NCBI GenBank assembly: GCA_022561335.1
Contig: JADFRL010000004.1
Coordinates: 23,817-47,816 of the forward strand
Length of the DNA: 24,000 bases
Source: Patescibacteria group bacterium
GTDB lineage: Bacteria > Patescibacteriota > Minisyncoccia > Phycocordibacterales > JACZSL01
Direction: 5' to 3'
Shown: positions 1 to 7,035 of the stretch, in pieces
Layout: each line of letters begins with the position of its first letter
How positions within the stretch are numbered: the first letter of the stretch is position 1
Translations under genes and position numbers: made by a program
Notes under the pieces: model-generated
Seen by the model: only the letters and a program-made list of their open reading frames with translations
Databases searched by the model: none
What the model was told of the DNA's origin: nothing

Positions 1-816
1 TCGCAAACGCCCCAAGGGATCGGGGCAATCACGTGCTTCGGCGAACTGCCCCCCATGGTGTTTGACCTCGATAACGGCGCGCCGCTGATCACTGAGCGAA
101 AGATCGGATTCTGGCGCAAACCTATTGCTGAAATCATCGCATTCATAAATGGTGTTAGAACACTCGACGAGCTTTCCGCGTACGGATGTGATTTCTGGGA
201 AGACTACCGAGGTAGAGGCTCTAGCTTGGGTCTAGAACCTGACGATCTTGGCCCAGGTTCATATGGCGGAGCTTTCCACGACTTTCCAATGCCGGATGGT
301 GGTTCATTCAACCAGTTCGAGCACGTCATCGAACAGATCAAGAACTATCCGTCGATCCGTACACATCTCGTGTCCCCGTGGATACCGTACTACATTGGCC
401 GTGGCGGACATCAAAAGGCAATTGTTTCGCCGTGCCATGGATGGCTTCACTTTCGTGTCTTTGGTGAAAAACTTTCCATGCGGATGGACCAGCGTTCTGC
501 TGATTTCCCGATCGGAGTCCCGTCCAACATGATCCAGTACGCGGCACTTCTCCTCATGGTTGCCAAAGTGACTGGGCTTCAGCCCTGGAAATTTATCCAT
601 ACTTTCGCTGACGCCCATATCTACGAGAATCAAATCGAGAAAGTGAAGGAAATTATTGATTGGGATGAGAAAAACAAGACAGGCCGTGAACCCCGCCGTC
701 TCCCAACCCTACAACTCAATTCGGACGCGACCGATCTGTCTACGTTCAGGAGTGATGATTTTGAGGTCGAAGACTACGACCCTCACCCTAAGATGAAGAT
801 CCCTTACGCGCCATAG
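1..816 (+). CDS. thyA: Thymidylate synthase ThyA, 5'-partial (frame 1 is open from base 1)
   Basis: Translation aligns along its length with E. coli ThyA as recalled: catalytic SPCHGW (E. coli APCH), DQRSAD (RSCD), GVPSN keeps the dUMP-specifying Asn, C-terminal DYDPHPKMKIPYAP. The frame continues upstream of Met55 (SQTPQGIGAITCFGELPP), so the gene starts outside the window. Confidence 0.92.
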   Translation, partial: SQTPQGIGAITCFGELPPMVFDLDNGAPLITERKIGFWRKPIAEIIAFINGVRTLDELSAYGCDFWEDYRGRGSSLGLEPDDLGPGSYGGAFHDFPMPDGGSFNQFEHVIEQIKNYPSIRTHLVSPWIPYYIGRGGHQKAIVSPCHGWLHFRVFGEKLSMRMDQRSADFPIGVPSNMIQYAALLLMVAKVTGLQPWKFIHTFADAHIYENQIEKVKEIIDWDEKNKTGREPRRLPTLQLNSDATDLSTFRSDDFEVEDYDPHPKMKIPYAP

Positions 817-828
817 GGGGTGGTTGAA

Positions 829-1341
829 ATGAGAAACCTTGCAATAATCGCGGCGGTGTCAGAGAACAGGGTCATAGGTCGTGATAATAAACTGCCGTGG
901 TATCTATCTTCTGACCTCAAGCGATTCAAGCAAATGACGATCGGGCATACGGTTGTCATGGGGCGCAAATCCCATGAGTCAATACTAGAACGTCTTGGAC
1001 ACCCACTTGCCGGCCGTCATAGCATTATCATCACACGCCAAAGGGCATATGAGGCACCTGCTTGTGAGATACGGAGTGACATTGATTCGGTTTTCCGCGA
1101 GGCGGCGGCAAACCATGTCAGACAGTATTTCGTCATCGGGGGGGAGGCAATTTTTGACCGTGCTCTCCCCGCGGCTAACATAATGCACCTCACTTTAGTG
1201 CATACAACCTGCCGCGGCGACGCATTCTTCCCAAATTATGACAAAAGCAAATGGGATACTGAGAAGAAATGTTTCGTACCGAAGGACGAAAGGAATGAAT
1301 ACGACTCAACTTTTATGACACTCCTCCGGAGATCCTCATAA
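829..1341 (+). CDS. folA: Dihydrofolate reductase
   Basis: N-terminus LAIIAAVSENRVIGRDNKLPWYLSSDLKRFKQMTIGHTVVMGRKSHESI is classic DHFR. AGGGGG (815-820) lies 8 nt before ATG 829; the ORF track starts at GTG 820. Immediately follows the thyA stop. Confidence 0.9.
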   Translation: MRNLAIIAAVSENRVIGRDNKLPWYLSSDLKRFKQMTIGHTVVMGRKSHESILERLGHPLAGRHSIIITRQRAYEAPACEIRSDIDSVFREAAANHVRQYFVIGGEAIFDRALPAANIMHLTLVHTTCRGDAFFPNYDKSKWDTEKKCFVPKDERNEYDSTFMTLLRRSS

Positions 1342-1375
1342 GACCGTCTGCTTTGCAGACGGTCTTTCTTCTTTT
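1341..1375 (+). terminator. Rho-independent terminator after folA
   Basis: AGACCGTCTGC-TTT-GCAGACGGTCT (11-bp perfect stem) followed by TTCTTCTTTT. Confidence 0.75.
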
Positions 1376-1390
1376 ATACTGACAAGCATC

Positions 1391-1869
1391 ATGGTTAAAA
1401 ATACAAAAAAGAAACACGTAGACGTAGAAAATACTATCGGACGACCAGATTATAAAAAGGTGCTACAAAAATCACCAAGGATAATGTTTGTCCATTCTGT
1501 TTGAGTAATTTTCTTACCTACCACACCGAAATAATACTGCGACGGGGCAAGTATTGGATAGTAACAAAAAATTTTAAACCATACACCGGCTCAAAAATAC
1601 ACCTGCTTTTATTACACAAAAGTCACATTGAGCACATTTCTGATTTAAAAAAGGAAGCTTGGTATGAACTACTTAGTCATGTTACTTGGGCTAGTAAAAA
1701 ATTTAAACTCAAAGGCGAAACACTGCTGATGCGCTATGGCAATACTCGTTATAACGGCGCGAGTGTCAATCATTTGCACGCACAAATTATTTCAGGCGTC
1801 GCTCGCACTGTAAAAAATGCAAAGCCTATAAGAACCGTTGTTGGGTTTGGAAAGCAGAAGAAAAAATAA
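1391..1869 (+). CDS. HIT-superfamily (GalT-branch, HxHxQ) nucleotidyl transferase/hydrolase, interrupted by an apparent -1 frameshift at an A5 run
   Basis: The frame-1 ORF has VNHLHAQII (HxHxQ). Directly upstream and in frame is DNVCPFC, a CxxC zinc motif needed in this family, but no start codon: a TAA sits at 1453-1455 and the first usable start is TTG 1501, after CPFC. Frame 2 has ATG 1391 encoding MVKNTKKKHVDVENTIGRPDYKKVLQK and joins cleanly at CAAAAAT (A-run 1467-1471). Confidence 0.6.
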
Positions 1870-1881
1870 AGAAAACCCCCA

Positions 1882-2733
1882 TCAAGCTGACAGGGGTGGG
1901 TCCATACGCACATGAACAAGTTCAACGCCTTTCGGAATCAGAACCTCTTGCGCTCCTAAAAGCGAGTACCCTTCGGCATAGTACACATGCTTTATGCCAG
2001 AATTGGCAATGGCATACGCGCACGGTGGGCATGGAAATGTTGTTATATAGAGAGATGCTCCTTCCAGGCATACTCCGTTACGCGCCGCAGCACTAATGAT
2101 GCCCACCTCCGCGTGAAGCGCAGACGACATCTCAATTGACTCTCCCGGCTCAAAGTGACTTCTGGGGTCACCTACGAGATAAGGAGTATGCTCCGAGGGT
2201 TGATGCCTGTTAAACGCACCGAAAAGAATAGCCCCGTCCTTCACTGCAATAGCGCCGACTTGACGCCACCAATCAGAACTCTTCTCGGATTGCTCATACG
2301 CCCTCCCCATGAGTTCGCGGTCGAGTTCCTTATATGTCACCGCCCTGTGTTCAATGGGCGCATTTTTCTTTCGAGAACTGCCCCAATCCCAGCGAAGCCA
2401 GACCGATTCATAATGAATCAACGTGCCCTTGAAGTACTTCTCCGCAAGAGCATGAGAAACATCTTCGTCCGGCATCACGAGCGAACTTTCAGACATGAGA
2501 GCCCTGATTCCTTCCGACTTAAGGACATGAACCTCAGAGAAAATACCTAGAGAGCGTAGCATCCGTACAACATCTTCCGGCGTGTTTGCCGGAAGGTTCC
2601 GCACGAGGCTCGTGTGTTCCTTGATGAGCTCGGAGCCCATCACATAGAGCACCCCACCTTCATACTTTCGGAAGAATTCGATGTACCCTCGATGCGGGGA
2701 AGGAACGTAGGAAACGATGATTGCCTTCGACAT
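1882..2733 (-). CDS. dCMP/cytidine deaminase-fold protein with an extra ~125-aa N-terminal domain
   Basis: C-terminal half carries the zinc motifs HAEVGIISAAARNG ... TTFPCPPCAYAI. The N-terminal domain (MSKAIIVSYVPSPHRGYIEFF...) is unassigned. Its start overlaps the upstream gene's stop (TGATG). Confidence 0.85.
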   Translation of the reverse strand: MSKAIIVSYVPSPHRGYIEFFRKYEGGVLYVMGSELIKEHTSLVRNLPANTPEDVVRMLRSLGIFSEVHVLKSEGIRALMSESSLVMPDEDVSHALAEKYFKGTLIHYESVWLRWDWGSSRKKNAPIEHRAVTYKELDRELMGRAYEQSEKSSDWWRQVGAIAVKDGAILFGAFNRHQPSEHTPYLVGDPRSHFEPGESIEMSSALHAEVGIISAAARNGVCLEGASLYITTFPCPPCAYAIANSGIKHVYYAEGYSLLGAQEVLIPKGVELVHVRMDPPLSA

Positions 2734-3383
2734 CAGTCATCTCCCTTGAAATAGCCCGTAATGGTCTTCTGCACCAAATCGCCAAGTTCCGAAGCACCAT
2801 CAATAGCAACCCGACGTATACGAGCAGACGTTGATGTTTCCGCCTGTGGTTCCAAGTTCACCAAGTGACCACAATATTCCTTGAGGCTTTCGAAATCAGG
2901 CAGATCTTTTGTCGACATCGAAACAATGCGGACATCCGGCATGACGATCTTGTAGAGCGTGTCCTTTTCGTACTGCGGTGTCACGATGTCTACCGCACGA
3001 AGGTATGAGAGAACTTGATATCGCTCATCTTCCGGTACGATCGGACGAGTCGGCCCTTTGCGCTCCCGCGTCAACTTGTCGACGTCGACACCAATAACCA
3101 TGATCACACGCTCAGCTTTAGGACAAAGCTGTTCTGCATCTGATCGGCCACGTGTAATATATTTCGCATGGCCAATATGAAAGAGATCCCAGACGCCCAT
3201 AGTAAGCGCGACCGCACAACCCATCTTCCGAAACTGCTCGAGCAACTCGTTGAGTTCATCGTGGTTCGGAACGAATCGATCATCAAATGTCCCGACACCC
3301 CTCACAATTCGCGTTGCGCGCTGCATCAGAGGATTTGGTTTTGTGAGTGTATAACTACCCACCTTTCTTTTCGTACTTCTCAT
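2733..3383 (-). CDS. Cytidylyl/adenylyltransferase-family protein (HxGH nucleotidyltransferase, TagD / RfaE-domain-II-like)
   Basis: GVWDLFHIGHAKYI (HxGH) plus VIGVDVDKLTRERKGPTRPIVPEDERYQVLSYLRAVDIV. GAGAGG Shine-Dalgarno 5 nt before the ATG. Confidence 0.8.
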   Translation of the reverse strand: MRSTKRKVGSYTLTKPNPLMQRATRIVRGVGTFDDRFVPNHDELNELLEQFRKMGCAVALTMGVWDLFHIGHAKYITRGRSDAEQLCPKAERVIMVIGVDVDKLTRERKGPTRPIVPEDERYQVLSYLRAVDIVTPQYEKDTLYKIVMPDVRIVSMSTKDLPDFESLKEYCGHLVNLEPQAETSTSARIRRVAIDGASELGDLVQKTITGYFKGDD

Positions 3384-3430
3384 GATAACCTCTCTGTGAA
3401 GATCTAAACTATCGACAGGATAGCACTTTC

Positions 3431-3467
3431 CTTTAAAAACAAAAGGCTCGACAATTTCGAGCCTTTT
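3431..3467 (-). terminator. Rho-independent terminator after rplK
   Basis: GGCTCGA-CAATT-TCGAGCC hairpin (3445-3463). On the minus strand it is followed by TTTTGTTTTT. Confidence 0.75.
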
Positions 3468-3497
3468 GTACTATTTATTAAATAGAAAGATATTATT

Positions 3498-3920
3498 TTA
3501 CTTCACCTCGATGCCCATCGAACGAGCCGTCCCTTCGATGATGCGCATAGCGGCATCAATATCGTTTGCATTCAGGTCGGGCATTTTAATTTCGGCAATT
3601 TCCTTGACTTGAGCCTTGGTCACGGTTCCGGCTTTGCTCACCAAATTCTTGCCGGATCCTTTGGGTTTGCCGATCGCCTTGAGGAGAAGTTGTGAGGCAA
3701 GAGGAGTCCTCAATACAAAATCGAAGCTGCGATCTTCATATACCAAAATTTCAACAGGAACAATGTTGCCGACCATATCGGAAGTCGCTTCATTGAATCG
3801 GTTTACAAAATCACCTATATTGATGCCCGCCTGCCCAAGCGCAGGACCAATCGGCGGTGCAGGTGTCGCCTTACCGCCCTGAATTTGAAGTTTTAATTTT
3901 CTTTCCACCTTTTTTGCCAT
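3498..3920 (-). CDS. rplK: 50S ribosomal protein L11
   Basis: [35 protein letters not shown]... is canonical L11. Confidence 0.97.
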   Translation of the reverse strand: MAKKVERKLKLQIQGGKATPAPPIGPALGQAGINIGDFVNRFNEATSDMVGNIVPVEILVYEDRSFDFVLRTPLASQLLLKAIGKPKGSGKNLVSKAGTVTKAQVKEIAEIKMPDLNANDIDAAMRIIEGTARSMGIEVK

Positions 3921-4100
3921 ATCTTAGATTTTTTTAACGAGTGATAATGAGTTTAGTAAATGTTAGACTCGCTTGTCTATCCGCAAAAAACAATTACATC
4001 TATCTTATTGAGAAAAATATATCTGCAAGTAAATTATCAAGCTTATAAGCAAACAAGGTGCCGGGTTAAGAAAATAATAATCACTTTGCTCCTTTATTTT

Positions 4101-4646
4101 TTAAACCTTTTTTACTTGGAGAAAATCCAATTCAATCGGCGTATCGCGGCCAAACATTGACACCATGACCTTGATCTTACCCTGTTCTTCATCAATTTCT
4201 CCAATTTTCCCTTCAAGTTCCTTGAAGGGTCCGTCAATAATAGTCACCGAATCATCAATGTTTAAATCAATCTTGTGCTTTACGGTATCAGTTTCCATAC
4301 GCTTAAAGAGATTGTCCACCTCCTCCTGCGAAAGCGGAACGGGGTGAATGCCTGAGCCGACAAAACCGGTAACTCGCGGTGTGTTGCGAACTACATACCA
4401 AGAATAATCAGTTACTATCATATCAACCATAATATAACCGGGATAAATTTTCTCATCCTCTACTATACGTTTTCCTCCTTTAATTTTTATCTTTTTTTCA
4501 GTAGGGACAATAACATTAAAAATTAAATCGCCCAAACCAAGCGACTCTATACGCTGCTTCAAATTACGCAGGACGGCATTCTCATAGCCGGCATACGTAT
4601 GGATGGCATACCAATTTCTCTCTTGATGAGCTTCCTGTTTTGCCAT
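4101..4646 (-). CDS. nusG: Transcription termination/antitermination factor NusG
   Basis: NWYAIHTYAGYENAV NGN domain and a C-terminal KOW (VTIIDGPFKELEGKIGEIDEEQGKIKV). Sits in the secE-nusG-rplK synteny. Confidence 0.95.
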   Translation of the reverse strand: MAKQEAHQERNWYAIHTYAGYENAVLRNLKQRIESLGLGDLIFNVIVPTEKKIKIKGGKRIVEDEKIYPGYIMVDMIVTDYSWYVVRNTPRVTGFVGSGIHPVPLSQEEVDNLFKRMETDTVKHKIDLNIDDSVTIIDGPFKELEGKIGEIDEEQGKIKVMVSMFGRDTPIELDFLQVKKV

Positions 4647-4648
4647 AG

Positions 4649-4834
4649 TTAGTTAAAAATAAAAATATCGAGGAGTTTTGTAAAAACAAAATCAAAAAAA
4701 CCAAGAAAGAGCGAGGTGAGAATAGAAACAATAACAATGAGAATCGTAAAGCTAATGGTTTGTTTTCGTGTCGGCCAGTTCACATGCTTAAGCTCGCCTC
4801 TGGTGTCTTTAAAATATTGAATCAGTCGGTTCAT
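4649..4834 (-). CDS. secE: Preprotein translocase subunit SecE
   Basis: 61 aa, ELKHVNWPTRKQT followed by a single TM helix. Positioned immediately upstream of nusG. Confidence 0.9.
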   Translation of the reverse strand: MNRLIQYFKDTRGELKHVNWPTRKQTISFTILIVIVSILTSLFLGFFDFVFTKLLDIFIFN

Positions 4835-4960
4835 CCCGTTAGAGGCAGGTCGCGGTCGATAAACCGCGCTGCAGAGTTATTATATTTTTAAACAAGATTC
4901 GATAGTTCCTCATACTTTTTGATCATCCATCCAGCGACCGCGGCCTCTAACGGGATTCAT
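4829..4960. repeat. Inverted-repeat element copy A (132 bp) overlapping the secE start codon
   Basis: Arms 4835-4858 (cccgttagaggcAGGTcgcggtcg) and 4935-4954 (cgaccgcggcctctaacggg) pair over 12+8 bp with a 4-nt bulge. Flanks are gTTCAT (4829-4834) and aTTCAT (4955-4960). A 17-mer at 4946-4962 is identical to 9094-9110. Confidence 0.8.
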
Positions 4961-5002
4961 AAGCATCGCGTACTAAAAATCGCCCCGCAGGGCAATGAGA
5001 AC

Positions 5003-5030
5003 ATAGTATAGAATCCAAAAAAAAAGTCAA
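5003..5030 (-). promoter_or_regulatory. Candidate sigma70-type promoter for the secE-nusG-rplK operon
   Basis: Minus sense: TTGACT (5025-5030), about 16 nt, TACTAT. The alternative -10 TATACT gives only a 14-nt spacer. A T9 tract sits in the spacer. Confidence 0.35.
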
Positions 5031-5072
5031 GGAAAAAGAAAGTGCCCGGCAACCGCAAAGCGGCCGCCGGGC
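5031..5072 (-). terminator. Rho-independent terminator after the 5084-5539 gene
   Basis: GCCCGGC (5044-5050) pairs with GCCGGGC (5066-5072). On the minus strand it is followed by a T-rich run (ACTTTCTTTTTCC). Confidence 0.6.
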
Positions 5073-5083
5073 TTATAACAAAG

Positions 5084-5539
5084 TCAGCCAACAAAGGGCT
5101 GTTCGGCACCGGGAGCAGCAACCCGGGCAATTTCAGCCTCTATAACCGCAATATCCTTCGGCGTGAGTGCTCGTGCCGCATATCTTCCGTCGAAAGATGT
5201 GGTGATACGCATTTCCCGCTTTTGAGTTCGAGCCGGGATCTTTCCAGCTTTCATCAGCTGATTCCACCACGCTCTGCGCGTATTGTGCGCACTCTTCGGC
5301 AGGTAAAGTCCGTAATGTTTTGAGGCTCTACGGAGCAAATTAATATCCGCCGTTTCAAATTCCGCACGGGTTTCAGGAATCTTCGGAGTCCTCAGAGAAG
5401 CGTCTTGTACCAACCCCTTCTCACCTTGAAGTTTGGCAACCATAGCGGCGTGGCCGTTGCCCTCAGGAGGCACTGAAGTCTTCGCTCTTTGCAAGGCTTC
5501 TCCGCGCATTTTTCTTTCAACGTCTGTCAGGCCCGTCAT
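5084..5539 (-). CDS. Hypothetical protein on GC-rich atypical DNA
   Basis: ATG 5539 (MTGLTDVERK...) is preceded by AGGGGA 7 nt upstream, with a consensus promoter at 5617-5644 and a terminator at 5031-5072. G+C is 34/60 in 5101-5160. No family recognised. Confidence 0.6.
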   Translation of the reverse strand: MTGLTDVERKMRGEALQRAKTSVPPEGNGHAAMVAKLQGEKGLVQDASLRTPKIPETRAEFETADINLLRRASKHYGLYLPKSAHNTRRAWWNQLMKAGKIPARTQKREMRITTSFDGRYAARALTPKDIAVIEAEIARVAAPGAEQPFVG

Positions 5540-5616
5540 GGTGTATCCCCTAATTCGAGAGACCACTCTTAAGCTTTAAGCAGAGCGGTAGGTTGAAATC
5601 AAAGTGTTCTATGCAG

Positions 5617-5644
5617 ATTATAGCATATGTATTTACAATGTCAA
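5617..5644 (-). promoter_or_regulatory. Near-consensus sigma70 promoter
   Basis: Minus sense: TTGACA (5639-5644), 16 nt, TATAAT (5617-5622). Lies about 75 nt upstream of ATG 5539. Confidence 0.65.
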
Positions 5645-5696
5645 TACATGCCGTTTTTAGGATAACTACTGAAAATACAGCTATAAAACTGGTTTT

Positions 5697-6533
5697 TTAC
5701 CGTATCTCGTAGGTAATTGAAATATTTGAGATGATCTTGTTTTCTCCCACAGGAATATCAGGAACAGCGGCTCCACCTAAACTTTCACCCTCTGCAAGCG
5801 TTATGTCGAAGGCTCTCAAGAATCGCGGCTGGCTTCCTGATTCGCCAAAACTAACTATGCGAACAAGCCTTACCCCTAAATCCTCTGCAAGTTGTTCCGC
5901 CTTTTCCTTCGCATTGTCAATAGCAGCTTTTCGTGCTTCCTGCTTGAGTGCCTCCTCGTCATCGATGGTAAAGTTCAATCCGCTTATATTGCTTACACCA
6001 GCCACTCCGACGTCTGTAAGTATCTTGCCTGCCTTGTCGGTATCGCGCACTTTAATGGAAATAGTTTGATTGACTTCATACCCTGTCAGTTCCTGTCTCC
6101 CCGGAGGACAAGGAATGCCAAATATGCATATTTCTCGTTTAAACTCGTAGCGAGGGTACACATTGTACGCGGTTGTCTTGATGTCACGATCTTCCACTCC
6201 GGCCTGCCGCACCAGCTCGAGTACAACATTTATCTTTTGCGTTGCCTCCCTTTGCGCTTCTTCAACCGTCGGCTTTTCTTCTATGACTGAGAATGAAAAA
6301 CTAGCCACGTCGGGTACGGCAAAGACTTCTCCTTCTCCACTTACGGTAATGGTGTTTGAAATCGGCACACCTCCGCCGATAAATCTATAGGCTTTTATTT
6401 CACCTACAGTTTTCACGGCAAGGAACGTGGCAAGAAGAAGCAGTACTAAAACAATAGACCCTTTGATGCGATGATGCTGAATGTAGCCGGCAATTTCTTT
6501 TTTATCTTCGTTCATATGAAAAAGTATATTCAA
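5697..6533 (-). CDS. SIMPL/DUF541-family secreted protein with an N-terminal TM anchor
   Basis: TM segment IVLVLLLLATFLAV, then VSGEGEVFAVPDVASFSFSV ... IKTTAYNVYPRYE ... ISITYEI, typical of SIMPL (26-kDa periplasmic immunogenic protein) domains. Confidence 0.8.
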   Translation of the reverse strand: MNILFHMNEDKKEIAGYIQHHRIKGSIVLVLLLLATFLAVKTVGEIKAYRFIGGGVPISNTITVSGEGEVFAVPDVASFSFSVIEEKPTVEEAQREATQKINVVLELVRQAGVEDRDIKTTAYNVYPRYEFKREICIFGIPCPPGRQELTGYEVNQTISIKVRDTDKAGKILTDVGVAGVSNISGLNFTIDDEEALKQEARKAAIDNAKEKAEQLAEDLGVRLVRIVSFGESGSQPRFLRAFDITLAEGESLGGAAVPDIPVGENKIISNISITYEIR

Positions 6534-6567
6534 TAATGGCCGTAGTATAACGTATGCACAAAATTAT

Positions 6568-6606
6568 GCAAAAGAAAGGGGCGGATCTCTACATAGAGAC
6601 CCGCCC
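6568..6606 (-). terminator. Rho-independent terminator after the 6639-6923 gene
   Basis: GGGCGGATCTCTA-CA-TAGAGACCCGCCC (12 of 13 bp paired). On the minus strand it is followed by TTTCTTTTGC. Confidence 0.7.
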
Positions 6607-6638
6607 TTATTGTCCGGCCGCCTTGGCCTAAGTGAAGC

Positions 6639-6923
6639 TTAGGCGGCCGCGGCCTGGTCGCCGAGCGTTGTTGCCCGAACCTGCCGGCCAGGTGTCCATC
6701 CGGCGCCGACCATGCTGTCGGCCGTCGTGGTCAAAAAATTACGAAGAGCCGCGGTGATCGATTTCAAGCGGCCGCCGAGGCCTCCGCCCTCGGCGACACC
6801 CGTCGGAGATCTGATCTTGGCGGTCTTGGCCGTGTCGACATTGATCGTCCTGGGGTAGTCGATTACCCAAAAAGTTCTCGTGAGCTGCCTGAGCAGCATG
6901 GCAAAATAGGAAAGTCTTCTCAA
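6639..6923 (-). CDS. Hypothetical 94-aa protein on strongly GC-rich atypical DNA
   Basis: TTG start preceded by GGAAGGAGGA. Has its own promoter (6990-7018) and terminator. By my codon-by-codon reading, third codon positions are mostly G/C, as expected for a real gene from a high-GC donor. G+C is 42/60 in 6661-6720. Confidence 0.55.
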   Translation of the reverse strand: MRRLSYFAMLLRQLTRTFWVIDYPRTINVDTAKTAKIRSPTGVAEGGGLGGRLKSITAALRNFLTTTADSMVGAGWTPGRQVRATTLGDQAAAA

Positions 6924-6989
6924 AATGTCCTCCTTCCTGTTAAACAGTCCTCCTGACTGCTGGAAAGCAGACCTTCATGGTCTAAACCG

Positions 6990-7018
6990 ACATTATCATA
7001 GTTGGTATTTCTTGTCAA
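6990..7018 (-). promoter_or_regulatory. Sigma70-type promoter
   Basis: Minus sense: TTGACA (7013-7018), 17 nt, TAATGT (6990-6995). Confidence 0.55.
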
Positions 7019-7035
7019 GTACTTATATTTATGTC

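Noticed and set aside
1912-1923. TGAACAAGTTCA palindrome as a possible second ArsR-type operator.
   Set aside because: It is only a 5-2-5 repeat, lies inside the 3' end of the deaminase coding region, and lacks the flanking ATA/TAT extension of the 10591-10610 site. Most likely chance.
4829-4960. Integron attC site. It is an imperfect inverted repeat of variable sequence with a GTTAG... core.
   Set aside because: attC sites run 5'-RYYYAAC...GTTRRRY-3', with AAC/GTT on the inner side of the outermost bases. Here the order is CCC-GTTAG...CTAAC-GGG. There is no intI gene, no cassette array and no promoterless ORF pattern.
4829-4960. Self-splicing group I intron. All three copies have a T before the 5' boundary and a G at the 3' boundary.
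   Set aside because: At 67-132 nt the elements are far too short for a P1-P9 catalytic core, no conserved P7/P3 elements are visible, and U/G boundaries are weak evidence.
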